Notes: generated by a model from the sequence alone, not told the origin. A stretch of 64,000 nucleotides of DNA from Flectonema sp. DT1601 (GCA_964019425.1 OZ025780.1:620001-684000), one strand, 5' to 3'. Shown: positions 36,735-49,508, numbered from the stretch's first letter. Program-made: numbers and translations.

Positions 36735-37391
36735 ATGAGCGATGAAATATCTTCCTCTCCCCTTGCAGCGACTGAAAACACTCAAGATCCTTTAAGAAAA
36801 CCACCAGTTGTAGTAGAAGAGGGTGTGTACACAATCGAATTGGTATCAACGAACTACGCAAGAGTAGTAAGAGGAAAAATAGAATACGAAGACGGAAGTC
36901 GATATGAAGGAGGAATCAAACAAGGAAAGAGAGAAGGATTTGGTACTTTATGCTACAGTAATCACGATGAATACATCGGTCAATGGAAAAATGATAAAAA
37001 ACATGGAGACGGTAAACTCATAATGTCTTCAGGCGGCGTCTACGACGGCTCCTGGGAAGACGACAGAATGCACGGCCAAGGCAAAGAAACATTCGAAGAC
37101 AAGTGTGAGTACGAAGGTACCTACAGATGTGGTGCTCTCCACGGTCAGGGTAAGCTAACATTCCCAAACGGCAACATCTACGAAGGGGCGTTTGAGAAAA
37201 ACCTCAAACATGGCAAAGGCAAGTTATACTACGAAAACACGAAGGACATTTTCGATGGAAACTTCCAAGCAGGTAAGAGACATGGTCACTCAATACTTAC
37301 CTACGGGTCTGTTGGAAAAATGTACGACTGCGAGTGGAAACACGATGTCTCAGGCCCTCTAAAGTTCATTGGTGAAGTCACTGGTGGGTAA
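36735..37391 (+). CDS. MORN-repeat protein
   Basis: Six YxGxWxxxxxHGxG-type repeats. Confidence 0.95.
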   Translation: MSDEISSSPLAATENTQDPLRKPPVVVEEGVYTIELVSTNYARVVRGKIEYEDGSRYEGGIKQGKREGFGTLCYSNHDEYIGQWKNDKKHGDGKLIMSSGGVYDGSWEDDRMHGQGKETFEDKCEYEGTYRCGALHGQGKLTFPNGNIYEGAFEKNLKHGKGKLYYENTKDIFDGNFQAGKRHGHSILTYGSVGKMYDCEWKHDVSGPLKFIGEVTGG

Positions 37392-37596
37392 ACCATTTTA
37401 CAACTATTTAGAACAATCCCTTGTCAGGGAATGTATTTCTGTTATCAGTTTTATTTAACATAATTAATGTGAGGATCTGATTTAATATATGATTTAGCTT
37501 TTGATACAATACAGAGATTTATATTAATCCAATAGTTTACCCTCAACAGGTTCTTACACAGCAGTTGTTGTGGACGGTACCCATTAATAATATAAA

Positions 37597-38869
37597 ATGT
37601 CGTTTCCGGTAAGAGCATGTGCGGATGTCAATGGACAGAAGATTAACCTTGAGATACCCTTCGCATCTCAACCAACGATTCGTATGTTTATTTTTCTTCT
37701 TCTTCTTTGTGTTATTGTAGAATGTAATTACCAACAACAACAACAAAAAAAAAAACAAAAAAACAGCTGAACTGATGCAAAGAGTAACAGAAATCTATGA
37801 CTACGAATCAAAAGCGATGAGGTCTCCGAGGGTATTTCAAATTAGTAGAATTCAAATCCACAACGACGAGTTGTTAAAATGGGATGAGCTGACTAGAATG
37901 GATCAATTGAGACCAAACTGTCAATTGTACTGTCACCAACCAAATGTTAATGACATTCAAGCAGATCTTCCAGATCCACGCAGACCACAACACCCAATGG
38001 CTAGTGGAGGAGGAGGAGCTATACCTGCGGAAAGTGTTGGTAGAAGTGGTGTAAACAACTATCCAGGATTTCATCAATCACCTACACCAATTAGAACCGG
38101 TATCACTGCTCTTGGTGAACGTGAACATGTTGACTCAGAAACAAAACTTCAAGTCGTCTTCCAAGAGTTAGATATCAACAAGAAAGGATTTCTTGAATAT
38201 GGTGATCTCGAACGAGGATTTAAACAACGAGGACTTCACTTTGCCGTCAACACAATTGGTGAACTATTTCACAAAGCCGATGTGAACAGAGATTCTCGTA
38301 TCTATTATGATGAATGGGTGACTTGGGGATCTGTCTACCCAAACACCCTCGACGCAATGTACTACCGTGGGCGTGATACTGATGAAGAAGGTGGTATTCG
38401 TAGAGCTCAGAGAGAACTTCAGGACATGAACGACGCGGATATGTTGGCAGCAGAGCTTCTCAATGAAATGGTTAAGAGAAGTGCTAATCCGATGCAATTA
38501 GGAAATTGTGTTAAATCCTTAAACAGATATCTTGCGCCTGCTGCTCAGGCTCTTCACGCTGACCCAACAAGAGACGTACGTCCTGATATTCAACGTGCTC
38601 TTGAAGACTTGAGTAGAGATGTCAGTCAACGTGAGAAGCAAATGCCTGAATTAGAAGCTCAACTACGCGCTGCTGCCGAAAGAAGAAACCTTCTTCAACA
38701 ACAAGAAATGACGCTACTTGAACAGGAGATTAGACTTGAGAGAACTCGTGATCAAATGCGTCTCCAAGAAGCAAAGTACGCTGAAGCCGAACATCTATTT
38801 AACACTAAGGCAGGTGAGACTGGATCACCACGTCGTGCACGTAGAGTTATAAATCCATCGGTTCAGTAG
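37597..38869 (+). CDS. BILBO1: BILBO1-like protein (N-terminal domain, two EF-hands, coiled coil); intron 37682-37766
   Basis: Spliced N-terminus MSFPVRACADVNGQKINLEIPFASQPTIPEL..KWDELTRMDQLRPNCQLYCHQP matches the BILBO1 N-terminal domain pattern; EF-hands DINKKGFLEYGD and DVNRDSRIYYDE. Could be a paralog rather than the ortholog. Confidence 0.85.
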
Positions 38870-40031
38870 TGTTGTTTGCTTGTTGTTTTTAAGGTCATTT
38901 CAGTTCTACTACTGTATGTAGTTTTATCAATAGTCTAGTAAAGTGTTTTTTCCCTGCTCCCTGTAGTAACCTCTCTTGTCCCCATTTTTTTGTTGTCTGT
39001 TTGTTCCGAATTAGTTCTCCATTGTAAAGGGAGAATATTAAAAAAAATTTAAAAAAAAAAAAAAAAACGAACGAAATTTATTTCATTCTTGTTCTTTCAC
39101 TTTCATGTTATCCCCCTGTTCTCTTGGGACCGATGTCCCTTCCTTCTTTTTAGAAATTTTCATTTTTTTTTGTGTTTTTATTTTATTCTCTTCGTAAGCA
39201 ATGGGAGTTTAAGTATTCATGTGGCATCTACGGGTTGGTCTTTTTTTTTTCCTTTATTTATTTTTCTTTTTTTATTTTTCTTGTACAGAAAGTGAGTTGC
39301 CTTAGGGATATGTAAAGAGGAAAGTCAGCCTTGAAGATGTTTTTTTTATGTGTACTTGCTTTTATACTGTTTGTGTGTTTTTGTGTTTTGTTTTTCTTTT
39401 TTGGAATGAAATAATGAGTAATTCTGTTGTCAATCTTCTCTCGCCACCCCCTCGCTGCCCCCCTTCCATTCCCTTCCAATAAATTTTATTCTCGCAAAAC
39501 CGAAAATTCCCAAAAAAAAACCCAGTGAAAAAAAAAAAAAAAAAAAACTTAGGGGGAAAAGAAAAAAGTTAAGTCTCTAGAATGACATGTAGCTGTTACT
39601 CGCCCAGATATGACATCTCTAGTAGATCGTTATTTTTTTTTGTTTTGTTTTGTTTGTTTTCTGAAAATAAAAATGCCGAAGCCTCTCCTCTCAGCGGAGG
39701 AAAGACAGGCAACTAACGCATGCTAGCAGAACAAAAAAAAAAAAACTTGAACAAGAGTATATTTTTCCCCTGAGAACAACGAAAAAAAAAACAAGGAAGA
39801 AGAGAATTAAAAAAAAAAAAAAAAAACCGAAATCGACAGCGGAAAAAAGAGACCGTTGACGCTCTTCCTCTTTTGTGCCTACATTTCCCAGTCCCAATCT
39901 TCCTTCACTTGTAGAATAGCAACACACAGTTGATTATGTGTTTGCACAGATTAATACTTTACTTTATCATTGTAGGAAAAATAAATAATTTAAACACCTC
40001 TTTCTGATAATGTTGTGAGGAAAGAGAAGCG

Positions 40032-41006
40032 ATGTTATCCTACGAGACAACAGCTGTTATTTTATTATTAAATATAGCTGTATCGATTCCAGGTATATAC
40101 GAATGGCATTTCACTGATAGTGGGAAGGAAAGAGAAGAAGTTATCGAAAACTACAACGGAGCTGTAAAAAAGTGGAAAACAGAAAATCTTGAGGGATGGG
40201 AATCTGTGCAGTCAATCGCAGTATACGATTGGTCAGAGACAGGGAGTGATCAGCATATCACATTGTTGCCAGAGTCAACCGATGAGAAGACTGAAAAAGG
40301 AGAAGGAACAAATCACTATTCTCCATTAAGATACGTCAGCTCATCCAACACCGTCTCTCTCAACTTAACGATCGCTCCTGAATGGGCAATCGTTGTATCA
40401 AAATTAACATTTACGACAGCATCTCAAAGTATTCACAGACCATTCTTAAATATTCCCTTAACTCAATTGGTTGTTCACAACACCTCAAATTGGAAGCAGT
40501 GTTCTCATTCTTTGAAAGGATCTGTCCATGGAAAGCAATGCATGACTTATAATATTGTGAATTACATATGTGTTTTATTTGAGGAAAGAGAACAACCAGG
40601 TGGTGCTGGACTTCGATGGGTCGCATCAACCGATTGCGGTGTCAGTTATATTCCCGTTAAAGTAAATCGATTTGATGGTACTCCCAGTTCAGTTTCTCTA
40701 CCATCGACGTTGACTGTTGTAACTCGTCATATTATGGATCCGTATATAGTTGCTCATCGGGTAACTAACGGAACATTGAAATTTGGTAGAAGTGCTTCCG
40801 ATAGGCAAACCATTATCAAGTTGTCGGCAACATTTTCGTTGGTGACATTCGTGATTTTCATTTGTCTAAATGGGTATTTGTATTATTATTCTGATGAGCT
40901 CAGTACTAAAATAAAATTACCTCCACAAGAATCGATCCTTATAGACGAACCTCTTCACCGACATGGAAACCGAAGGAGGGCAACTCGACAGCAATATGAA
41001 AGTTAG
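40032..41006 (+). CDS. Hypothetical membrane protein (N-terminal and C-terminal hydrophobic segments)
   Basis: 324-aa ORF with Cys-containing lumenal region. Confidence 0.8.
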   Translation: MLSYETTAVILLLNIAVSIPGIYEWHFTDSGKEREEVIENYNGAVKKWKTENLEGWESVQSIAVYDWSETGSDQHITLLPESTDEKTEKGEGTNHYSPLRYVSSSNTVSLNLTIAPEWAIVVSKLTFTTASQSIHRPFLNIPLTQLVVHNTSNWKQCSHSLKGSVHGKQCMTYNIVNYICVLFEEREQPGGAGLRWVASTDCGVSYIPVKVNRFDGTPSSVSLPSTLTVVTRHIMDPYIVAHRVTNGTLKFGRSASDRQTIIKLSATFSLVTFVIFICLNGYLYYYSDELSTKIKLPPQESILIDEPLHRHGNRRRATRQQYES

Positions 41007-41286
41007 TTATATTTGGTTAACTTGATTGGTATGTTGTAGTGTCTCACACTACGAGTAGATGTTTACACGTCTCTATTTGTACCTATCCAAAGCCAGGGTT
41101 TACTTTTTGTGTTGGTGATAACCAACTCTCACTTCTGTGCTTATTCATAACTATTATTCCTTACAGCATCCTACAGGAATGTAATGTGAGTGTTGTTTGC
41201 TGCTACTGTACTGAAGTCATCACTTTTTTTTCGTTTTTTTTTTTAAATTCAAATTTCTGCACAGCTTCCACCCCTTCGCTACAATA

Positions 41287-42129
41287 ATGCCAGTGACAGA
41301 GCTGTTGGTGTTCACAGAAAAATTAAGTGCTGTGTGTGGATCTTACACGGTAAGTGGGGAGAAGTACAATGATGAATTCGTGTGGGTAGGATCAGGAGAT
41401 AAACGACTCTTCTCATCAAGGAATAGAAGATGGTATATTGGAAACACATCAACAATGGTACAAGATTCAGGATGGATTAGATCAGGTGAACACAATGGGA
41501 AAAGTCCGTGGGAATCAGTCAACTGGGAAACTTTTGAAAAAGTAGGAAGACCATGGCAGATTGATTCAGGAATTCAAGTAACCCCCTCAGATGATAACAA
41601 TCCACGAGATACTTCCGTAACTGCATCAGAAGAAGTTAGTATGATTATGAGGACAGCATCAAAACCACAAACTAACACTAATAATCCAAACATGAGTTCC
41701 AGACCTATAATTAAAGCTACTACTAAACCATTACCGAAACCAGTTGATCAGACTACAGCTGATGCTGAAATTTCCCGGCTCCGCTCTGAACTTTCTACAC
41801 AAAAACGAGCGAATGACGCTCTCTCTGCGCAGCTGTCGTTGTTAGCTGAGAATTCATCTGAGACTGAGTCGTTGCTCACGAAGTTAAAAAATCAGCTTTT
41901 GCAATGCGACCAGCTGAGAGTTGCTGACAGCTCAGAATTAGAAATGTTGAGAAACGAAAATATTAATTTTCAAAATGAACTTTTCTCCAAAGATTCAATA
42001 ATTGAACGACAAGAACAAGAACTAAGACACCTCACCACTAAGTATTCATCTCTCAGTGAATCAAGTCTACAGGACGATCTCCATCATAAATTGAGATCCT
42101 GGGCAGCAGGGGTTCTTTCAGATAGTTAA
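41287..42129 (+). CDS. Hypothetical protein, Trp-rich N-terminal domain plus coiled coil
   Basis: 280-aa ORF; CAG acceptor upstream. Confidence 0.8.
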   Translation: MPVTELLVFTEKLSAVCGSYTVSGEKYNDEFVWVGSGDKRLFSSRNRRWYIGNTSTMVQDSGWIRSGEHNGKSPWESVNWETFEKVGRPWQIDSGIQVTPSDDNNPRDTSVTASEEVSMIMRTASKPQTNTNNPNMSSRPIIKATTKPLPKPVDQTTADAEISRLRSELSTQKRANDALSAQLSLLAENSSETESLLTKLKNQLLQCDQLRVADSSELEMLRNENINFQNELFSKDSIIERQEQELRHLTTKYSSLSESSLQDDLHHKLRSWAAGVLSDS

Positions 42130-42321
42130 TACAAGGAACGCTTCTTATTTTATAATGGCATTTATTATTTATTTTATTTTATTATATTATTTTTTTTAAC
42201 TGTATTTTTCTTCAATCTGTTTTTTTGTTACTTTTATGTTTCGTTAGATGAAACAGATGTCGACCTTTTGTAATCACTCAGAGTTGTAAACAATTATTCT
42301 TCAGAACACACACTTTGAGTA

Positions 42322-42555
42322 ATGCCGTTTGCATTTTGTGAGAAATGTGGTCGTACTTGGGTAGTCAGTTGTGCTTCTCAGGGTGGAATGTCTGAGGGAG
42401 AATGTGGAAGTTGTGATGCGATTATGTCTTGGCGTCAAGACTATTGCAATGCCTTAAGAATGTCTGGTCAACATCACATTGACAGCGGAGAGAGGCAGAT
42501 GAAAATACCAAGCAGAAGATCGACAGCAACGACAGTTATTATAAACTCTCAGTAA
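42322..42555 (+). CDS. Small putative zinc-ribbon protein
   Basis: CEKC...CGSC pairs; TTCTTCAG acceptor upstream. Confidence 0.5.
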   Translation: MPFAFCEKCGRTWVVSCASQGGMSEGECGSCDAIMSWRQDYCNALRMSGQHHIDSGERQMKIPSRRSTATTVIINSQ

Positions 42556-43869
42556 CGTCAGCATAGCAACCAACTAATCAGATCGTCGTGTTATTCTCAG
42601 GACTTCTTTTTGAGTCTACCTTGATGTGTACTATTCACTGTTAATAAGTGGTTTATCGAGGTGGACCTACTTTCCTGATTTTAAGTCCTTTAAATTTAAA
42701 TTTATATTTATATTTTGTAAGTGTAGAATATTCTTGTTGTCAACGAAAAAAAAAGAAAAAAAAAACATAAAAAAAGAGAAACTGTCAACTGCAATCTTTT
42801 TTTTTTTTTTTTTTTTTTTTTGCTTTCCCGAACGATATGTCGTTTCTCAGAAAAAAGCACACATGGGTCAATCAGATCCTGTGAGAAGGAAAAAAAAAAA
42901 AAAAAAAAAAAAAGGTGTCACATGAACTCGAAAAAAAAACAGTCGAGATTCAGCAGATTGGAGCGTCGCTTAACGTGGGTCTTATCCCACTCTTTTGCTT
43001 CATTTTCCCTACTCCTAATTATTAACAATTATTGTACTGGTTATTTATCTATAGAGTTCTCCTTTCCTCCCTCCCCTTTCCATTAAATCCTGTTGGGGTT
43101 AATACTGTTGAACATGAAATGCGGTTCTTTTTATTTTTTTTTTTTTTTGTTATCGTCAGAAAACTACACCAAGGCCGTTATGCCTCATGCGTCGTTGCCA
43201 CCCTCAGCGGGACTGTCAAGTGCCCGGGCTCCGAAAGAAGTATGTTTTTTTTTTTTCAAATAGCGCTTGCTGTATTTGGTGTGCTTGTGAGTCGCTTGTC
43301 TGCTGCGACAGCAACGTCGCTATCTTCAGTTCCATTTCCTCCGTCTTTTTGTTTACTGAACAGTTGTTCATATTCATATCCTAAGTGTGGAAGTCAAATG
43401 TTTCATCAGCCCATTGATGCCGATGCCCCCCCCCGCAATAAACTAGTTGTCCTTGACAACGTTACCAGTAAATTGTTGTGTTCCCAATTTTCTCTCAGAA
43501 AGCAAACCACAATACCATTTCCAATCGCTATCGCCTTCTCTCCTCATGAGGTATACTGCCTCCCTTCCTATAGTAATGCCGAGACATTATCTCTCATCAG
43601 TTTAATTGACATCTTTCTGGTGGGATCCTAAAATGTTCCTGGCTCGCCGATTGCAGCACGAGGGGACTGCGCCCTCACACTTTCTCATCTCTTCCTCGAT
43701 CGCGATCGAGTTTTGATCCATTGCGGCTTGCTGTGTCGGGATTTCAGTGATTGAAGGGCTTGAAGCCATCTTAAAATGAAACTTGTTTTTAAGTGAACAA
43801 AGTTAATAAGCAAAATTAAGCTAAGGAAAGGACTAGAAGATTACTTATTTTAAAAATAAAAAAAAACAG

Positions 43870-44670
43870 CTTCTAAGCTTACCGAAGAATCACAACCCTG
43901 CTCAGAATGACTATGGGAAGGTGTCTGTACCTGTTCTTAGTCAAAAGCAAATATTAACTCCGGGTTACAGCACTTGTCGAAAATATGACGGAAGGAAATC
44001 ACATTGCGAAAAACTCGGATGTCAATTAGCTGCCACTTCGATGTTTAGTTCCGGAGGAAAACAGCAGTGCGTACCAAAACAAAATTGTTCTGTGCAGTGA
44101 GGGCAATATTGTTTTGCAAAAGGGATGTTCATGACATGGCTGGTATTCAGCTGCTTTAATGACTGCGATGATTTAGACATGGTAACTGCTACGATTACAC
44201 CACCAGGAGATCTGTTGGGACTCCTTTCTATAGTAGATCGCAATTTGGTTAACTTGCGAGAGAAACTTACACATCGGTCGCTTTGTTCCTTCTCTCCAAA
44301 AAAAAGAATGGAAAAAAAAAAAAAATAAAAATGAAATAAAAATGATTATAATTTTTTTTTCTTTCATCTCAGCGATTACAATGCACGACATGATGTTGAT
44401 GCATCTAGAACCATCAAAGACATTTAAATGTCTTTGTCCACCCTGTTCTATATACTCAATTGAGGGATGCAGTGATGTATTTATATTATGTTGCCTTTCA
44501 ATGGTCTGCTATCCACTTAATGGAATCATAGCGACGAAGTATACGACGAGGCCACATCTTCAAATGAACATTGACAGGAGTATTCAAAAAGGTTATATAT
44601 TTCCTCCACCTAATTCAGGTGGTAAGTCTGGTGACTTGCCTGATATAACAAGTGATCAGGGAGCTTCGTG
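43870..44670 (+). pseudogene. Probable decayed Cys-rich surface-protein gene
   Basis: Cys-rich frame from 43870 with an in-frame TGA at 44098-44100; downstream CPPCSIYSIEGC fragment in another frame. Confidence 0.35.
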
Positions 44671-44955
44671 AAGAGAGTACACTCATCTCTCGCATGCTTA
44701 CTTCAACGCATCAAACAGACTTGAGAAGGTCCGTTCCTCTTCGTGTTTCCACGATGAGTAAACACTCAAATCTGATATCGGTATATTCGATCAACAAGAT
44801 GATGTCGTATTATTCGTTTTCTAGTTTCTTACTTTTTTCTATCTAACTTCAGGTTCATTGGACAAGTAGTATAAGATTAAGGCTCCTGACCACAACTGTT
44901 TTTCTTAACTAATATTCTAACTTCAGGTTCATACTTTTATTTAATGTTTTAAGAG

Positions 44956-47643
44956 ATGAGTAGTCTGTTGACGTCTCAGACGGGAGTTGTGATGGAAGAC
45001 CATTCAGAGTCTGATAATTCAAATCTTGATTTGATTGATGAAACGAATTCATTTTATCAATACATGCTACCGAGGGATAAAGGTAAGCAGTCGTTATCTC
45101 CACCACCACCACCACCTCCTCCACCACCACCACAAGAAGACGAAAGTGAAATCGCAGCAACGATAGCAGATGGAACCCTACGAGGAGTCGTCAGAGTTGA
45201 GGATTGGTTAATGGATGTTGGAGCTGGTTATAGTGAACATTTAAGAAGATTACAAGCAGATAAAATTAAAGAAGAATTACAAGCAATGCAAGACAGACCA
45301 ACAATCAGTGATAAAGCAAAGAAACTAACCAGAGGAGGTGTCCCTGTTGAAGAAAGACTTATGAACGTCCACTACAAGAGACAAAGACAAGCTCAGTTAC
45401 AGGCAGCTAAGTCAGAGTCACATGCGACAAAAGCAGATCCTGAATGCACACATCGTCCTGATATTAATCCAGAGTCGCATTACAAAATGGCGAGGTATGC
45501 GAAAACTGACAACAAAGATCGACATCAGCAACTACGAGACAAACTACTTGAAGAGGAGATGCGACACGTCAGAGATCCTATTATCAGTGAGAAGTCAAAC
45601 AAATTAGCTGAAAATAGAACAAAAGGAATGTGCGTTGAAGACTATCTCCTCTACATGGACACCAAACATAAGGAAGATATGTACAAAAGACATGAATTAG
45701 AAGCTTCAAAAGGACTCCAATCGCAACCAAACATAACAAGACGAGCAAAATCACTAAAAAGATCCGGAGACATTGGAAATAGACTCTACGATCAGAGACT
45801 AGGCGGACCTGCAGACTTACACCGTTTGGAACAAAATGATTTATCTCAGGAAACGGCGAGGAACTCGAGAACTGACAAAGGAATCATCCTGGCATTTCAG
45901 GACAGGGGAGTCAACGAGTCGTACAAGCCTAAGATTAATCCAGACCGCCATGGTTTGTTAGAAAAACGAAAAAATACCAAAATAGAAGACCGACTGTACA
46001 CTGAGTACCACGCCATCATAGAATCAAAACAAGATGAGCTTAGACGAGTTGAACAAAAGTTACAGCATGAAGCTAGCACGGTTCATACATCGAAGCATTC
46101 ACAGGCAATTTTCAAAGCGTCTAAGCGTTCGAAGTCACCTCTGTTTTCAACAAGGTCGACAAGCAAGCAACCTAAAAATAGCAGTCCAACTCCTCAGAAG
46201 CCGTCGAAAAAGATCTCAACGGCATCGTTTAATATGAAATTAGCCGAGTGGGATGATCGACGTCGTAAGAATGAACATTCGAAAAAGAAATTGGTAGCTG
46301 AAAAACTGAATAAGGAAATGGCAGAGTGTACATTTGACCCTTTCAGATCGCCATCAATCAGAAAGAATCGCAACCACACTACTTCCAATCAAATAACCGA
46401 AGGAACTCTACAAGATCGCTCAAGCACTTGGACAACAAGACGAGAATCAAAACTAAACAGCGCAAAAGAGTCTACCGCTGCTGCAGAGCTCGACGGCTGT
46501 ACATTCACACCCTATATTAATCAGGTTTGTTTCTTTTTCAAAAAGTCATATCAAAATTTTTAATTATTTTTAATTATTTTTTTTTTTTTGAGGATAGAGG
46601 CGGATAAGTGGGAGAGGGAAAGACACCATCGGCTTCCTCTCTGGGATTCCTTCGGAGACACCGTGGCACCACTCGTACGCGCTATGCCTCACCTCTCTTG
46701 GCTGATCGGCGATCCTCAGGGAGATCCCCACTCGCCCTCTGGATCATGTCTCTCACCTGTGTCCATTCCCCCTCGCCCAACGGCCCGTAGGCCTGGACGT
46801 CGCCAAGCTTGCCGAAGACTCCACAGCTCGACACCTTTTGCTATCCCTCCAGGAAACGAGTGTACCTGTAACGATGCCTCCCTCCGCGACATTGTTCTGG
46901 ACCAGTCCAGATAGGGTTGCCTGCCGGTGACCCGGGTCCGTTCCCCGTATGAACGCATCCGCCATGATGTTGAACCCCTTGAAGTTTACACTTACAAGGC
47001 CGGTCTTTAACTGCAGCGCGAGTTGCATCCGGATCGCCGTCCCTTTGAATTCAAAAACAACAACAGAAAAAAAAAAAAAAAAAAAAAAACAGGAAATTCC
47101 AGACATGTCGACACGCGGAGAAGCAGCTTATGGATACAACGAATTTATAACCCGATTACGCAAGGCTCGTACAGACAAAGAAACTGAAAAGAAACGAGTA
47201 AAGGAAGTGTTTCCATCTGGTGACGGATGGAATGGTCAACAAACCGTACCAAAAGAGTTCAGTTTAGGACAAGGAGGAGGAAAGGATATACGAAGCTTAA
47301 AGAAACCATCAATAAGAGATGGTTTCTTTCGTCAACAACTGAACGGATCGTTTGAAGAAAAAGTCACGTTTAGCGGATTTGATGTGATCAGCGACAGTGA
47401 AACCGATCATCAACTTCCTTACCAAGCAGCTAACGGAATAAACCTTCATACTCATCCAACAGCTCCTTCGTGGACAACAGGGCATATTGATGGTCAGTCA
47501 CACAGAGAAGGTTCCGTTGATGACTTCCTTTCACAGCAGCATTCAAATGTCATGGCTGTATGTGGATTTTATTTTTTTCCAATACATTATTTACAAAAAC
47601 AAAAACAAAAACAAATCAGATGGTTCACAAGACTCCTAAATAG
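44956..47643 (+). CDS. Coiled-coil protein with CTFxPxI-type repeats (probably cytoskeletal); introns 46525-47092 and 47558-47619
   Basis: ECTHRPDI, ECTFDP, GCTFTPYIN repeats; both introns phase 0 and join open frames. Confidence 0.8.
46590..47052 (-). other. GC-rich insertion inside an intron, coding-like on the minus strand with frameshifts
   Basis: Sharp compositional shift between a T-run and an A-run. Confidence 0.6.
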
Positions 47644-47832
47644 CACTTCAACATCTCGTAATTACAGACTGATCCTTTTTTTTTATATATAATTTATTTT
47701 GTGAGATACTAAAAAAACGTTGAGAATTTTTTGTTAGATTTTGTATTGTTTTTTTATTTTTAGGTTTAGATTTTGTCTTATTGACTCTCTGTGATACTTT
47801 GATCTTATGGTATTTTACTTTTCACAGCGTCA

Positions 47833-49244
47833 ATGGGTTACGGCGGCAAGGGCGGATGGAAAGGAGGCAGAGAAATGGAGAGAGGGGATCGAACTATTCA
47901 AAAAAGAAAATCTGATTTCCCGCGGGATGAAATGATTAAAATGAGAAAAGGACTCGCCGATGGTTTAGTCCATTTCCTCACAAGTATTAAGTACCTAAAG
48001 CCACAAGAGGATATTGTATGCATTTGAATTAAAAAACTTCCTTATATTAAAGTAAATAAACGTTTCTAAGTAAAAAAAAAAATATTAAACAGAACCAAAA
48101 TCCTGCTGATTTCGAGAATGCATTTTACTTACCTCCAGCTGACGACTTAGTCCCAGAACCAGAGTCTACCGAGGCTACTATGTGGAGTTCAGAAAACTTC
48201 TCCGATGCAAAATGGCCAACAGTTTTATGTATCGGTGATAAACGTGTTTGCAATTTGGAAGGAAATTTCTTAGGGGGACCTCCGGACACGGCAATGGAAC
48301 TGCCAGCTTCAATCACGTGGTGTAGAAGTATGCCAGAGTCCCATATTCCAATTATAGAAAAAATATGCGGCGGAGGTCCGCAAATGGAATTCGCCATAAC
48401 CGATGACAACAAGTATGGGTTTATTTTAGTAGTTTTTATTCTTTGTTTGCCTAATTACTCAATTTCACAATCAACAAACAGAGATTCTCTCAAGCAATAC
48501 ATTCTTGATCCACTCAGCAGTACTGGTGAGAGAGTTGTTTTTGTAGCGCAAGGAATGCTTTTAACTTGTCACCACGTACCGACAGAGGGAAAGGTTTGTG
48601 ATTTTTTCCACATTCAGACTTTTCAGTTAAAAAAACAACAACAAATATACAACAAAACACAGATAAACGTGTATGTGTGTTCTGAAGAGAAGTATGATGC
48701 CCATCTAAAGGGAATTACCATCCCAGAAAAACCACAACTGTACATTACCTTGGAGGCGTTGGCAGAAGTAGTTGATGGTACTGACAGACTGGTCCCTAGA
48801 GATGGCGTTGGAGGTCTTCTTAAAATCGCAGCTAACGATTACGAAACAACAATATTAACGACTACTAGCGATCTTACGGCTGAGAGTTTTCAAAGCATCT
48901 CTGGAGAGGATTTCAAAAAATTTAAAGTCGTATCTTGTGCCCTACCACTAGCCTACTTCGCCAACAACAAAATTAAAAAATTTGCGAAAGATCTTCGTGC
49001 ATTAAACCCGGCATCATGTGCTGGGTTGGCTCCTTTTGTTATACTTGACCCATTCTTAGTATGTATTTACATTGATATTCACATTAACAATTATTAAAGA
49101 CGTTCATTAAATCTAAAACAGGAAACATGGCCAGAAGACCAACAATCTGTAGTCATCCCAGGTGATGCTACTGGCTGGTCATTGGTCCTCGCTAACATGA
49201 GAACTTCTAAATTAGAAGCAGGAGAAGCAACAGCAGCAGCGTGA
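47833..49244 (+). CDS. Protein with a degenerate FCP1/NIF (HAD) phosphatase-like C-terminal domain; introns 48016-48092, 48413-48481, 48594-48662, 49059-49121
   Basis: Five exons join in frame; PRDGVGGLL..YETTILT..FAKDLRALN..VILD parallels FCP1/TIM50 motifs. Confidence 0.7.
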
Positions 49245-49508
49245 CGACCCATCTAATACTTTGATGGTTATTACATTTTCTTAAAAAGAAATGACGACCT
49301 CAACTCTTTTGTGCAATATACAAAAGTAATGATTAACTATAATAAGAAAAGGGTTCACTCACCCTATCAAGAAAAAATACTTGAAAAGTGTGTCTAGTGT
49401 CTAACCACGCTCCTTAGCTTGGTCATGGAGTGTGAAGATGATTTTATTATGCAAAAAAAAAAAAAAAAATCAAAAACTTTTCTATCTAAACAGTGCAAAT
49501 GACAAGAG

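Noticed and set aside
37670..37690. Spliced-leader sequence (AACCAACGATT)
   Set aside because: Short match inside a coding exon, without the rest of an SL exon.
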